The notes under the pieces were generated by a model, which did not search any database, was not told the DNA's origin, and was given only the letters and a program-made list of their open reading frames with translations. DNA of 64,000 bases, from the NCBI GenBank assembly GCA_000320545.1, contig ADNK01002524.1, positions 115,526 through 179,525 on the forward strand, written 5' to 3'. This DNA is from Bigelowiella natans CCMP2755 (taxonomy: Eukaryota > Protista > Cercozoa). Position 1 is the first letter of the stretch; each line of letters opens with the position of its first letter. Made by a program: the position numbers and the translations under genes. Below are positions 27,904 to 42,689 of this stretch, piece by piece.

Positions 27904-28471
27904 CGAGAGAGCGGAGTTGGGGGGGAGAAATCGAATTAGAGAAGAACAAAGAAAGAAAAGAGGAAGGAGGGAAAAAAGAAAGGATAACAACAAATATGAA
28001 ATAAAACCAACGACCAAGAGAAGATAGGTAATAAAGGGCGAGAGGATGCACAAGCAACACCGCACCGTTTAATGATATATTCCGATTCCCCATCTTCCTC
28101 TTCCTCCAGCATATCTTTCAGCAGCTCCAAATAGCCTTCAATGCGTGACGTCGGCGCTGTGTTAAATCATCATCCATTTATCAGTCTTCGAAGAGAATCT
28201 ACAACAAAAGACTCGGAGAACGAAAAAACAGGAGGAAATCTGCCCGATTAAAGGCCGTTGCGGTGCAGCTTTGTAAGAAATCGACGGTCAGTTATATCGA
28301 TGTGTGCGTAAGAACCTATAAGAATATCCTCTAACGTATGCTCCGGGTAGGCTCTAAAGTTTTTGCGTGATTAGCAAGAGAAAGGGAAGAAATGAGTGGC
28401 GCGGCACAAAGTCGTACAGTTATTCAGCACCACCACACATCCACATTCTGTAATCCCAACACGCTCAATAG

Positions 28472-28512
<41 letters not shown>

Positions 28513-28915
28513 GATAAACATAAACGTGGGAGGGTGGGGGTTATGGGGAAGAGGGAGCAGAGGGCAAGGAGGGGCGGTTAGACGAAAATAAGGCTGAAAG
28601 AAAGATAAAACGCGAAAAATAAAAGAGGGAGAGATTATCTGTTTGTGCTTGGTGGCGTGGGGTGTAGTAGCAGTGGTAGCAGCAGTTGTGGTAGCGGTAG
28701 TAGTTTCAGTAGTTGGTATTATTGTCTTTTAGTTTATAAGGTGATGCGTATTCACTAGGCAAGGGGACAAACGTACTTCTCCAAGCTGCTGATTATGGCA
28801 TCGATCTTCGGGTGTTTGTTTCGCGCTTTATCTGAGCACGTGTTGGCATTACTCAAAAACCCAACCACGGAATTAACACACGCTAGCATCAAAAGAAAGA
28901 GAAAACCATGCACTG

Positions 28916-28950
<35 letters not shown>

Positions 28951-29473
28951 GACAGACACAACAATCACAGCCATTCCTATGGATAGAACTAAAAAGCATA
29001 TATGCACGCTTGGACGAGACCGCGATTTCCAAATGATGAGTATTATATTATATTTATTCTGTACTGATTTTCCCTTGTTGTATTGCACAACCGCACAAAC
29101 GCACACACACACACACACATACACACACATAATATATACATATAAATTGTATCTAAATATAAAATAAAGTCGTACTTAATATCCAATACGCTTTCACTTG
29201 CGATTCGATGTAGAACTGCGCTAGCGAGAAGACCGGAAAATGCCTAAACAAAACCGGGAGGCAGCTCTCTCAGCAAAAGGGTTTGCCATGCAGCATTCCA
29301 GTCAATTCTATTGCATTTGAAACGCTTACGAACATAAAAACCACGCGAGGCGCAGCAACGAGATAGAGCACGCACGTTGAGATGATGTTCACTAAGTATG
29401 CGTTTGAGCAATTTTTAGCATTCTTTTCATTCGCCTGATTTGAGATAAATAAGGATTAACTGTCGATTTTCTG

Positions 29474-29514
<41 letters not shown>

Positions 29515-30340
29515 CATATTATTATGCTATATATAGGTTTAATAAGCATGTGCTTTGCGTTCATACGGCAAGATTCCCATAACGGGCAGTTTTCATTTTG
29601 AGCATTTTTAGCAATATCACAATATAAACTACATTATTGAATTGGAATACCTCTCGAAGGTCGTTGTAGAGAGCATTGGTCAGCTTGGAAATGATTCGAA
29701 AGAATTCAAAAAATTGAACAATGCTGCATTCCTATATTATAGAATAATTTTCGCATATCGTGCCGTAAATATTATATTAATACGACGAATGTAGGTAAAC
29801 GTGTGTGTGTGTGTGTTTGTGTGTTGTGTGTGTATGCATGTGTGTAAGTATGTAGGGATGTGTGCATTTGTGTGTGTTTGCATGTGTAAACCCATCAATA
29901 TTATGCGTGTGCTTGAAATATAATGCATGGAAAATACGAGTAGTCAAAGAATATAGGAACCGTCATAAACGAAGCTTTCTGTAACTTCAGAGGGTCGACT
30001 AGCAGTCGTTGTATATTATCAATAATGCCAATGTCCGTCTCCTATAACACATACATAGCCAGGCTGGGTGAGTATGAATTTACAAACCAATACACAACCC
30101 CTCTCCCTCCCTCTCTCTCTCTTTCCCCTTCTCGCTCTCTTTCCCGCACGCGCGCGCGCAATGCCCTCCTGAGAATGCATGCTTACAAATAAATTGGATC
30201 TCTATCTCCCTTGCGTCTATAATTTAAAGCTACCCAATATCACCTCACTAATACATTGTGTAATTCACTCTACAATTCCACCAACCGACCTCGGCCGAGA
30301 GAAGAGCATCGATGACATCGGTCGAAGTCTCCATCGTCAC
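25980..30340 (-). CDS. RhoGEF-like DH (Dbl homology) plus PH domain exons
   Basis: DH-like: VIDALLSAE / ETDIGIIDNIQRLLVDPLKL / IVQFFEFFRIISKLTNALYNDLRE / PTSRIEGYLELLKDMLE (cf. the DH PVQRIPRYxLLLxELL helix). PH-like: LLLERKLVKFGTITR / ISKSDRSKQSKEDLILFEDTL / AFGVCTPNKVFIAKF / RNLGEKEVWRSVL (conserved PH C-terminal Trp helix). Confidence 0.65.
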
Positions 30341-31036
30341 TAGCCTTTCAGATCAGAGATATATATGCATACAGATGTGTCTGGCTTCGGGGTGCTCACC
30401 GATGCTACCCGCCTCCCTTCCCTCCCATCATCGGCATTGGGAAGCCGAGTTGAGCTTGAGTTGTTGGGGCGTCAATACAAAGCTCGGAGAAACCCAATTT
30501 CATACAAAAAATGCGCAGAACCCTGTAATAAATATCAAAATATAGGCCATTTTGTCTAATTATGAGGCAGTCATTCGTCGGCAATAAAATTCGTAACTGC
30601 CTCCCACTGCGAGCCGAGTCGCAACTCGCAACAAGAACGAGTAGATCTAAGGTCCGATTTATTATTAGTCATTCTTATTTTATTTTTTTGTAACTTTTAT
30701 TTATTCGGGCAAGAATTTTCGGGTTTGAATTATTTTGTCCTCCAGCCACATTTTTTTGCTCAATTATCCGGAAGAAATAGAGGTCGGATTCATATCTGCG
30801 TCAATTCGCTCTGCATGACACAATTGCTTTCAGAGAAAAACATGCGGATTTACTTGTCGTATACTAGAAGTTTCAGGGTCTTCTTTCCATCCGGCAGCTT
30901 TCGGAACCGAGAAAATCAAATAGAAAATAGAAGGTAATTGTGGAAGACGACATCATTTTTTTGAAGTCGCAATTCATAAATAAATCTCACCGACTCCCTT
31001 CCGCCCCCCCTACACCCTGCCAGGCGAGCCGCAGAG

Positions 31037-32392
31037 ATGGTCAGGGGCACAGCGACGAAGGTGTTGTTAGCCAATTAGCGCCCTTTGTTACTGTTTTTGG
31101 CTGAAAGGAAGCATGCTTTGGCTTTGCTTCATAGGTGCGCGCGTTGTTTTCGATCGGGCTAATGCCCTGTACCTTCGGCACAGCCTTCGGTTTCGCCTTT
31201 GGTAATTACAACTTAGATGGAGGGGGGTTAGGATACGATGTAAATTTGGAAAACCTCTCGTGATATCCTGTATTATTGGCGATTGCCTGCTCTTAAGCTG
31301 CTTCTTGCGTGTGTCAGGCAACATTGGCGGAGCAATGTCGTGTGAGGTTAGTAGATGCTTATTTGCATACAAAACACTCACGCAGACAGAGGGGGGGAGA
31401 GAGCATAAAATAGAGAGCGAAGGATTAAACCACATATTCAAATACATGTGTAATCATGGTCACATAGACCAAAGCACACGCGTATGCACACGTGGCTGGA
31501 TTTAAGATTATTTCCTACGATATACGCAATATTCCAGGCGTTTGGCGAGTACTACAGCCATCCTGGACGATCCACGCAACAGCTCATAGCTGCAATGCTT
31601 CCATTAGGAGCCATTGGGGGTAGTTGATCTACATACATTTTTAGTGGCCGAAATCGAGAATGATTCATCCTTTTGCTTGCAGGGTCTTTGATTGGAGGGG
31701 CGTTTGCTGATATATACGGTTTGTTTTTCCATTTGTGTGCATGCATCGTGTGTTTTTTCGGCGTGTATGCACAACGAGTGCTGGTGCGGCGCGTGCGTGC
31801 ATTCGTGCGTATGTGGCGAGCTGTTGTATGCATCGATCGTATTAAGTGAGTGAGAAGTCAGCGCAGACGAGCGTAACACCATGGTTTGTTTATCAAAACA
31901 TACGTCCTCAGGAAGAAACGCTGCAAGTCTCATTGCTTCGGTACATTGCTGAATGCTGTAGAACTTCTCCTCCGCTTCTTTTTAGTTATCTATGCATACA
32001 TCGCAATGCTTTGTACCGCGCAAAGTACGTTTTCGAAACGGCGGGATCGTATCGTTATTCCCACTGGAATACAATACGTTAGCAATTCCTTAATAGCGAG
32101 TTTTGCCCGTTTTTTTCAACTTTACCTAGAAACGACTCACACACGAGGTGCAAATGCATTATTTGCTATGATATTTTCGTATATAATGATTGTGATAATA
32201 CACCAATGCATCGTCTCTGTGTTTGGGCGGCAATGGCGGCTTAGGTGCTCTTTGTTTGCGGAAGCGTAGTTCTGGGGCTTCCGTTAGGAGACGTATGACG
32301 ATTTTATTCAATACAGCAAACCATATAAATGCAAATTAGAAATGAGCAAGTCCTTCAACTCTTATATAATAGAATTTATGTAAAAACATATC

Positions 32393-32429
<37 letters not shown>

Positions 32430-32609
32430 CACATTCATATTTACATGGATCTGTGATGTATTGATATTAGTACACAGAGTCGTCACTGAGAACAACTGTT
32501 TCTTTATTTCTCTTCGCATACAACACAGGTTCGATCCATAGCGCCACTGCTTATCGGAAGGGGAATGATAGGTAGTACGATAGAACAACGCAGATCCAAG
32601 ACACACGCA

Positions 32610-32683
<74 letters not shown>

Positions 32684-32829
32684 AAGTGAGAGAGAGAGAG
32701 AGAAATACAATGCAAACGCTATGGTTGACATCTAGGATCTGGTGCCGGTATTGCTTTCATGTCCGTCCCTGCATATGTTTGTGAGCTTTCCGCTGCAGCA
32801 TACAGGTTGATTCTTATATATACGCACAA

Positions 32830-32866
<37 letters not shown>

Positions 32867-32904
32867 ACACATACACACACACACACACACACACTATATT
32901 ATAA

Positions 32905-32941
<37 letters not shown>

Positions 32942-33346
32942 CATCTTTAATATTATCGTGCTACAACGTGCATTTATACGTATACACGTATATGCAGAGG
33001 TGCAATGGCTTCCTCCATTTCTCTGGCAATCGCAGTTGGTAATAAGTTAATGGTCTCTTCGTCTACAAAGCGCACGTCGATGATTAGGATGATGATATAT
33101 CACTCTTTAAATATATAATATGAATATTGATATATGAAATGGTTGCTTTTGTTTTTGCTTTAAGCGCGAAAGCGCGCTGAGAGTGCGGGAAACTATTTGC
33201 TGTTACTGGCATGTTATTCTTCTTGGACAACTTAGGCTTTTTCTGCTCGTATCTTTGCAATTGGGTTGTGCTGACGGAGTTTGAGTGAGAAAACCCTCTT
33301 TTCCCTGACAACAATCAACGTCGTTTCAATTAGTTGCCTAGTATAT

Positions 33347-33385
<39 letters not shown>

Positions 33386-36385
33386 GCATTCTCTCCCCCC
33401 TTCAATATCCCTTCCTCTCTCTCTCCCTCTCTTGCCATTCACGATTTACTTACAAGTGACGGCTGGAAGTGGTCATTGGTACGTTACACGCAAACACACA
33501 GCAGCCTAGCCGAAAACCATCACTACAAACAAGAGAATATGCAGATATTAATACGCTCCGACGTAAGAAAATCATCATAGAAAGGGGGTTCGGGGGGGGG
33601 TTTATGCGCGCTATAATATGTTTTTTCCTCTATCGTCTCTTTCTTGGAGGGAGGAAGGAAGGAGTTTGACGAGGAGGAGGGGGAGGGAGAGCCATATATA
33701 TGCCGAGCATATATCTCTTAAGAGTGCTGAATTGAATAGGTGTTTCCGTTATTGCCATCGCTCCTCTTTCTCCTGGCAGCGACGGTGTTACCAGAGTCGC
33801 CACGATGGGCAATATTGAAAGGTGTTTCTATCAGCTTCGAGATAGCACACACACACGCACACGCACACACACACATGCACACATCTCCACACGCACTGCT
33901 GCACATGGTATCTATGAGTCATTGGGAAACATTTGCATCGGTGACATATAATGCGATTGCCAATTCAAATATATAAAATTATAATATTATATATATAAAT
34001 ATACGGACACATCTATTTATGCAAACCATTATACAACTCATATCGTCATTTGAAAAGGAAATGGGCCGAGTGTACCGATCGGTATCTTGCAGGCTTTGCG
34101 CACACCAGAGGTACCACTTTGCAACCAAACTACACACACCGACTACAACATCCATAGCAGCGTCTTAAGCCCTCGCCGCTAGCACATGAAGATGATATAC
34201 CTCGTGAGCGTGCCTTGGCTCATCTTGGGAAATAATGCACTCATCACTGCCCCACAGGATGATGTCACGGCAGAGGTCAATGAAATCCTTGAAGATATTA
34301 GGAATGTTCCTGAGGTATTAACTCTCCTACGAGAATAAGTGATAAATCTGTTTATGCATCGATTTCTGCTGCTGTTTCGCGCGCGCGTGTGTGTGTGTGT
34401 GTGTGTGTGTGTATTTGTTTGTGTTGTTTATGGCTGCGTTTGCGCGTGTTGTGAGCAGGGGCAAGGGGGAAGCATTTTCTCGGTCAAATACCGCGCGGCT
34501 GTTGTCGTTTCCATTGTTGTGATGATGCTGCAGGTATGGCTAGCTATAGCTGTTTATGCACGAATTCCGTAAAGCGACCGTCCGCGCGTCTTTAATGAAA
34601 ATACACACGTATATAGTCATAATTTGTATTGTGTGATTATCTCTTTTATCTCTAGTATAATGATATACTCCTTGCTTCAGTATTAGAAACATGTTTGGTG
34701 CAACTAGTAGTTTAATGCGATAAGGTTTTCTTCTATATATAAGACGTTTCTCCCAATAACGTCGAGTTGATATGCGGAGAGTGTGTATGCTTGGTGCTAT
34801 ATCACACTAGCGACGATATAGCACCAAGCTGATGCTAACAGAAGGTTGATGATTGTGCTCTTTCTCCTTCTAGGTCTTAACTGGAATCGACATCATTCTG
34901 GTGGGTTCTTTTCGAATAACTGAGTTGTTTTTTTTTAGTTTTTGTTTTTTTTTTTTAAAAAAATGATGTCTAGCCTCCATTATATTTCACACCATCTAAA
35001 GTGATTGCGTCGGTTAAATGGTGCCTACATCGTAACTTCATGAATGCTTGAGATCACACCGGATTGTGTCGTTGTAGTAACCTTCTTCCGTGCTGACAGG
35101 TTTACGCGCCGCAAAACTTCTCTCGTATCATCTCCACGCACACAACGACGCTCTTTTGGACAATATTTATCGGAGGAATTTTGGTGATGATAGGAAGGAG
35201 CGGCCGCTGTGCTTTTGTTCTTCTTGCATATTTTATAGTCAAAATTGTAATTTATATAAGATATTTATTTTTAAATATATATTTACAGATAATGGAAAAT
35301 GTATTGTTTGCATCCATCTTTTGTATCGATGATAAATCGTGTGTGTATGTGTGTACGTGTGTATGTGTGTATTTTGTTTGTGTGATGATAATGATGAAAT
35401 GACCCCAGGTTCTCTCCAATCTCTTTGCGTGTTTCATCGTTGATTCGGTGGGGAGAAGGCCATTGCTGCTCGTTGGAAGCTTCGGTAAGGAAGAGAAGTA
35501 TAGGCTACAAAGACCCACCACCCCGCGAATAATATACAATATACACCTTGCAATATGCACCTACATGTACGCGTGCACATATAGTACACATGTACACATA
35601 TTAGATATAGTCTACTTTACATATTTATCTCTATAAATACAGCGTACGTTCAATGAGATATATGATCGTAGAGAAGAAATCGCAGCGATTTTCAATCTGA
35701 ACTCGTCTTTTTACACCGAAGGAATGGCGGTTTCTCTGTTTCTCTGTTCCCTATCGTATCGTCTGCATTTCTCCGGCAAAAATGGAGAGATCACACCTGG
35801 AGTCGGTAATCTAAAGCCCCGCAAAAAGGCAGCTTAATTCAAGTCACTCAATGTGCATATTGCCCTCGTCGCGGCCAAGCGTTCTGATTTGCTTTTTGTG
35901 CTTCTCCTACTACAGGTTACGCTGGAATGGCTTGTATTGTCGCGTCCATGGCCTATGTAGGGATAAACGTGCATATCGCTGCCTTGATGATGATGATGAT
36001 GATGATAATGATGATTAATTTCGTATACATTCTGCGTGTGTGAGACAATGGGGAAGAGAAAAAGAAAACGGAAAAAAAAAGAGATGGGGAGGTGGAGAAG
36101 GAGATGGAGAGAGAAAGCGCGAGAGGCTTTATGCGCGCAGCGCAAGAGTCTTCATGCGCGCAGGTTTCGCAAATATTGAAATTTCAATTCGATCTATCAT
36201 TATCAGGTGATGTTTTTCTCCATTTCGTGGGGGCCTGTGGCGTTTTGTATCCCATCCGAGCTCGTTCCGTCGCATTTGCGAGCAAGGGTGACATGCGCCA
36301 ACATAAGGAGCAAATCGCTCGCACACACACCCACACACACACACAAGCACGCACATAATATAAATATTTATATTAGATATATATA

Positions 36386-36424
<39 letters not shown>

Positions 36425-36611
36425 GTGTAAGTTTTTTTTGATTTATATTGATAATCGTCTTATCAGGTTGTTGCTCTGGCCGCGGTAGCAAACTGGATTG
36501 CTGACTACGGCGTTGTTGCGACGTACGTAGTACACAAAATAGAACGAGAGGAGGAGGAGGAGGAGGAGAAGGAGGGGGGAGAGAGTCAAGGAGAAGCACA
36601 TTCCGTTTTAC

Positions 36612-36646
<35 letters not shown>

Positions 36647-36955
36647 TTTATATATATCACACACACACACACACACACACACACATGATTCTCTATCGAA
36701 GTGCAAGTGGAGGAGGTGAATGGGATTTTTGACTTAATGGGGAAGCGCTCTGTGTGCCGGTGAGGAGGCGGAAGATGTGTTAGCATACCAACACTCAACA
36801 ACAACGCAGGTATCTGTCTCTGATTGAGAACTTGGGCGAGTCGGGGGCCTTCTTCATCTATGGAATCTTGAATGTCCTCGCATTTGTCTTCGTTTTCTGG
36901 GCGGTAATACAATTATCTCGTGTTTCCTCTCCCTCCCCCTCGTCGGTGCTTTCTA

Positions 36956-37003
<48 letters not shown>

Positions 37004-37496
37004 CTCTCTATCTCTCTCCCTCTCTCTCCCTTTCTATCTTTCTCTCTCTGTGTGTGTGTGTGTGTGTGTTTTAGTCTGTCTATTTCTCTGCGAGTGTAAG
37101 TGTGAGTGAGTAGTGTGTGTGTGTGCGTTTGTGTGTGTGCATGTGTGTGATTGTTTGGTACGATACAAGATAAAAGTATAGTATTTTTATAGGACGGTCT
37201 CTATAATATATATATATATATATAAATATATATAATGTAATGAGAATAGAATTCAATAATAATGATGTTGCGAAGAAGAAAAAAGAGAGCTTGCAATATC
37301 ATGAGAAACAACCTATCGATACGGACGATGTTGTGTAGGTACCCGAAACGAAGGACCTGTCCCTTGAAGACGCCAGCAAAAGGTGCGAGAATGGCGGAAA
37401 GATTATACGCTATTAGTTACTTCTAAGCGTGACTCGTTGTTGCGAGAAGATCTATATTATCCTTGTGTTTTGAAAGATTCTTTCTTTTCTTTGGTT

Positions 37497-37577
<81 letters not shown>

Positions 37578-37871
37578 CTCTCCTCACTCTTGTAATCATC
37601 GTTTACCTTCTTCTAGCATTTAGCGCATTTCTATGTTTTTTCTTCGTGTGTCAAATTTTCAATGAGATATCGCATATATCTGGCTACTTTCTAGTCTGCT
37701 TTCGAGGAGCATCAAGGAGAACTTGGACGACGCGCAGTAAGACTCACACCCAGCACTCACCACGAATATGATAGATGGGCATGTGAAGTTTATCTACATG
37801 TTGCGTGAGCGTGTAGTATTGGAGGAACATTTGCTCATGCACATATTCATGATGTGATTAGCTCATACATG

Positions 37872-37913
<42 letters not shown>

Positions 37914-37957
37914 TGTAAATTTATACATGAATATTGTCTAAATGATGCAGGCAATAT

Positions 37958-37990
<33 letters not shown>

Positions 37991-38129
37991 ATATATATAT
38001 ATTGTATTGTATATTTATACATAAATATTACGATGCAGATACCTAGAATCTGGTCCTAAGGGAGGACGTTACAAGCCACCATCCTCGCGCGACCATTCGA
38101 AGGAAGAGTCGAGATGTTTATTAAAATGA
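31037..38129 (+). CDS. MFS sugar porter family transporter (multi-exon); start approximate
   Basis: Exons encode SLIGGAFADIYG-R, GSGAGIAFMSVPAYVCE, LPESPRW, IVDSVGRRPLLLVGSF, FSISWGPVAFCIPSELVPSHLRAR and VPETKDLSLED, all diagnostic sugar-porter motifs. Stop TGA at 38127-38129. Confidence 0.9.
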
Positions 38130-38269
38130 CATAACAACAACTTATCTTCAAGATGCATGCGTGATGTTGAAAAGAACAAGAGAACTTTCGCTGCTTACAT
38201 ACCAGTGATACTGTTTAATTGCGCTGTAGCCCAAACTCCCACATTGACATGACCATCATAAACGGAGTG

Positions 38270-39060
38270 GCAACAATTTGCAACATGCGTGCGCTGCGCA
38301 ATTCTTTGGACTAAGGTCAAGGCCCTTGTTGTGCGTGCGTGATGATGGTAGTTTTTTTTGTTTTTTTGGGACACCGGAATGCTCTTGCAAGCTGCATGTG
38401 AAAGGATGCTACGCTCGGATGCCGCATGGTCGCACTGATGTTGTCATCGCTTGGACCTCGCGTCTGGCTAGCTAGCTAGGTCAACAATCAAAGTCCACAA
38501 CAGACTGTTGCCAAAGAAATCCTCAACTTTCGCCAGATGTTCAGTCACATGAGGATCGGAGATCACGCTGATTTTTCATGAGCCAGTCTGCCAGCATGAC
38601 TCTAGCGACCAATGCATGATCACTGCTGCAACCGCACCTGTGAACTGTCGATCGAACCTTTGCCATGGAATCCTTTTGTTCATTCATTCACATGACAACC
38701 CGCCATGTGGAGTCATTGGACACAACCAAACACCGCTGAAGCCAGATGAACTCAATGAGAGGGTGGTGAACACCAGAACACAAACAGGGAGGGCGGTCAA
38801 CTGTGACGTGCCAGTCTAGCAGTCTAGCAGTGTGGTTCGTCGTGCACCCTTGCGTGCAGCTTTGAAATCATGCACTCACATTTGGATGTCAGCATGCTGG
38901 CAAGCACGGCGCTCCAGCGCTGCGGCACCTTTTGTCTAGCTTCACATGTTCTGCAATGGCAGTCCAGCGGCCATTCGCACAAGCACTGCAAGTCCAGAAT
39001 TGGCGCGCTGGAAAAACGACGGGGTTTGTGCAATGCGACATCAATTTTTGATGTCGCTCA
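38270..39060. other. TpA-depleted island C
   Basis: TA is scarce outside CTAG. Contains gctagctagctagg at ~38468 and GCCAGTCTAGCAGTCTAGCAGT at 38810. Confidence 0.7.
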
Positions 39061-41807
39061 CTCAAAATATTACGCTGACTCTTCGCTCAGTTAAGACATG
39101 AGATCTTTCTGGACGAGTCCGACCTGCTACGAGTAGCCTGGTGGACGTGCATTTCACTACACAGTGACCGATGGAAACCGGTATTTTTTTGCAAAAATGT
39201 TGAATTATTCTTTGTCGTTCGCATAAATTCCCCCTCTTTGTCGCATGCATTATGGTGTGGAATATGATGAACTAAGACCGAAATCTGCCTGAAAGCCGCT
39301 CCAATGGCCATCTGCGTACCATTCCGGCCATCTTCAGTGGCACACCACCTTGATCAGCAGTGAGGAGGAGATCTGAAGATGGAGGTGTCAGTGATACTAG
39401 GGAGCTGCGCGAGAGAGATGGAGGGGGAAGGTGAAAGGGGAGGGAGGGGGGAGAGACCGGGCTAGTAGTCTTTTGTTTCACTCTGTTGAGTCTGGTGCAT
39501 TGAAATCATGCAGATGGACTCCAACGCTCTGACCAGGGAAGAGTTTGAGGGTTTCCCTCATGAGCATGTTGCAAAATGGCTCCGTGCGAACGAAGTTGCA
39601 CTCAAAACGAATCAAAACATTATCAAGGTTCAAACATCGACCCGCATCTACCCCCTCCCTCCCTTCCCCAATGAAGTCATGTGCATCACTAGCAAAGACC
39701 TCAGCTTTTATACACGCAAGCTTGAATGCAGATGAAAGGGAAATAGTCGACGACGACACTGCGACTCAACTAATGTCCCTACATCCACAGATTATAGAGG
39801 AAAATTGGCTCAAAGGTAAGGATCTGTTGGAATTGACCCTGGATGAAGTAAAGGAGATGGTTGACGGCAGGATGGGGCCACGGAAACAACTCCTCAACCT
39901 CATCTCAACACTTAATGATATGTTCAAAAAAGCACAACACGGCGATATCAAAGAACCCTCATCGCATGTAAGGAAAACTCAAGCATTTGGAACCAAATCT
40001 CTTTTTCGATAGAACACATGATGTATTTTGTCACGATTTCAGAATTGCAGTGGGAAAACCTACGCTCTTGCAGAAAGTCTGAAACAATATTCCATGATTA
40101 GTGTCATTATTATAATTATGATTGTTAATTAATGATATATGAATCAACCATAAAATTTTCAGTGAAGCGGCAACCAAAAATCATCACTATAAACTCTTTC
40201 TGATCATCTCTCTAAACGCTTTCTACCCCCACGTTGGTTTCTTTTCCTGTATTTCGTGTTCTTTAAATTGTAGTCATCGTTAGTCCTAAAGAGTCCCGTA
40301 ACCGCAAAGAAGTCCTTGTCGCACATACGATTAGTTTAGTCATTTTTTCATTGCTTCTAACAGTTGGCCAGCCACATGGAACGTTTTACGACCTATGTTG
40401 TAATCATCAATGCCTAAGCTTAGAAATATGTAAGTACCAGTACTTTCAATTGGGTATCGTATTGGTTTCAATTTGTTTTTCAATCGAATGGTGTGTACCA
40501 CCATGGGAAAATATCTCTCAAAACGGTTTTTTTTTTTGCCCCCACGCCAATACGTTTTAATCGAATCTATATTTCTCGTGACTCTACTCCTTTCTCGATA
40601 TTTCTCTTTGTATCTCACACAAAGTCAAAGGTGTCGATAAAGCAGGTCCCAGCCCACATCGCGTTTATAGCATCTTCTCCGACAAATGAGAAGGATAAGA
40701 ATAAACTCGATCAGGAGACGGAGTACGATATAATGCGGGATCTGATCAGAGAGTCCCGCCTCAGATTCCAACTCCAGTTCTCGATCTCGAGATGGCGTGC
40801 AAGCGTGGAGAATATACAAGAAGCTATCTATTCGGGTTGTTTTTGCATCCATCATTCTGGGCATGGGCATAGAAAAAAGGGGCTCTACATCGAAGGCGGT
40901 GAGGAATGTAGTGGTCCCGACACATTTCTGGATGGAGAATCCCTTCGAGAAATGATCCAAAAGATCACACATCCAGAGAGAAGGCCCAAGATTGTGTTTC
41001 TAGCAGCATGCCATAGCGAGGTTGTTGGTGAAAAACTAGTGAAAGATGGGTTGGTGAATCACGTGGTTGTCTGTCGGAAAGAGGACGAGCTTGGCGACAA
41101 CGGTGTTCCGGTATTTGTCCGCAAATTTTATCAACGATTGCTGGCAGGAGAGACTATATTGAAAGCCTTTAGTCAAGCGAAGAGACAACTTCGAGAGATC
41201 ATTAAATGGCGGGTACACCGGGCACTCTCCATTCTTGAAGAGCATGTTTCTGAGGGAAAATTTAAGGAAGTTTCTCAGAAAGTGAATGAAGGAGACGTCC
41301 CATTCGGGGAGGAGATATACAGTAACATTCGCGCCTTAATTCCGAAAGAGAACGATTCTTTTGCACAAGAGATGAAGGATGATGTCAATAGGTTGCTCGA
41401 CTGGGCAGAGTATGCTGAGATTGAGGAACCCAAGTGCATACTTTTACCCCGCTCGAACGACGACAAATCCCACGACGTCAAGTACGAATTTAAGGTGTCG
41501 ATGCGCATTGAACCTAAAAAGGGATGGATCCCGACCCCGGAGTCGTTCTTTTCGCGGGATCCGGTAAAAAAACAGTATGAAAAAATCATCAGAAATTGCC
41601 GCCTGTCGATTAAAAACGATCATGCACTTTTAGAAAAAAGGTTTGCGAGGCGATGGCTTCAAATTGTTGGCGGGAAAGAAACAGGGAAAACCGCATTGGC
41701 GATGGCGGTCGCCTGGAGAATGTGGCATGACAATGACGGGCCAAATCCGATGTTTTGGGTGAGCACGCAACAATGAGCATTTTCCTCTAAATCTCTACTT
41801 CCTCTCT

Positions 41808-41848
<41 letters not shown>

Positions 41849-42689
41849 TCCTCACTTTCTCCCCCTTTCCCGCTTCATATTTCCCTCTGTCTCTTCTCTT
41901 CTCTGCACTTACTTTATGGACAAGTGTGTGCGTGCTCCTATTTCACATGTGAGATGTGTTTTCATCGCATTAATATTTTTAGGTGGATCTACCGAATTCC
42001 GTCGATGCAGGAGGCGTTCTGTCAGCCGTGGCTAAGGCGACACTTTCCGATGTCCCAGGAGAGCCGCTGCATACCCTCAAAATTTTACCAGCGTCGAAAC
42101 GAATACTATTGGTACTTGCGAAAGTTTAACGTTTAGTATTGGAGGTTGTTGTTGTAGCTTGATGTGGGATTGGGCAAACAACGCATCGATTTTTTTAGTA
42201 AACCCTTATTAAATCTGCTAATATATTTAGCCTTCTCCGATCTTCCTCATTCTTTCCGAAAACGTCTTAAGATTAGCAAGTCTTTGCTGCTGCTCATTTC
42301 TGATTCTAGAACGATTTTCGTGCTCACTTACTATTGACTACTCAGATATGCGACAATACACCCAACCTCATCGGGCCTTCTGTGTTTCATGAGATACTCA
42401 AGACAAGAAAATCTTTGTTGCTGCTGACCACGTCACGGATGAGAATTGCTGACCCGGATTCTTTGGTACACGATTGTGGTTTCAATGAGTTCAATTGTCA
42501 GTATTTTGAAGTTAGTTAGTCACAAAGTGATGTGCTTCTCCAGATTGTGGAGATGAACCCATTTTTCAGTAAAGAGAGGTTCAGGAAACTTTTTAAAGAG
42601 TATCTGAAATCGAATATCATTGGATGTGAGAACTTGCGACCTTGTCATTTTTCAAAGCTTTACAAAGGTATCTCATTTTAGTCGATGCT

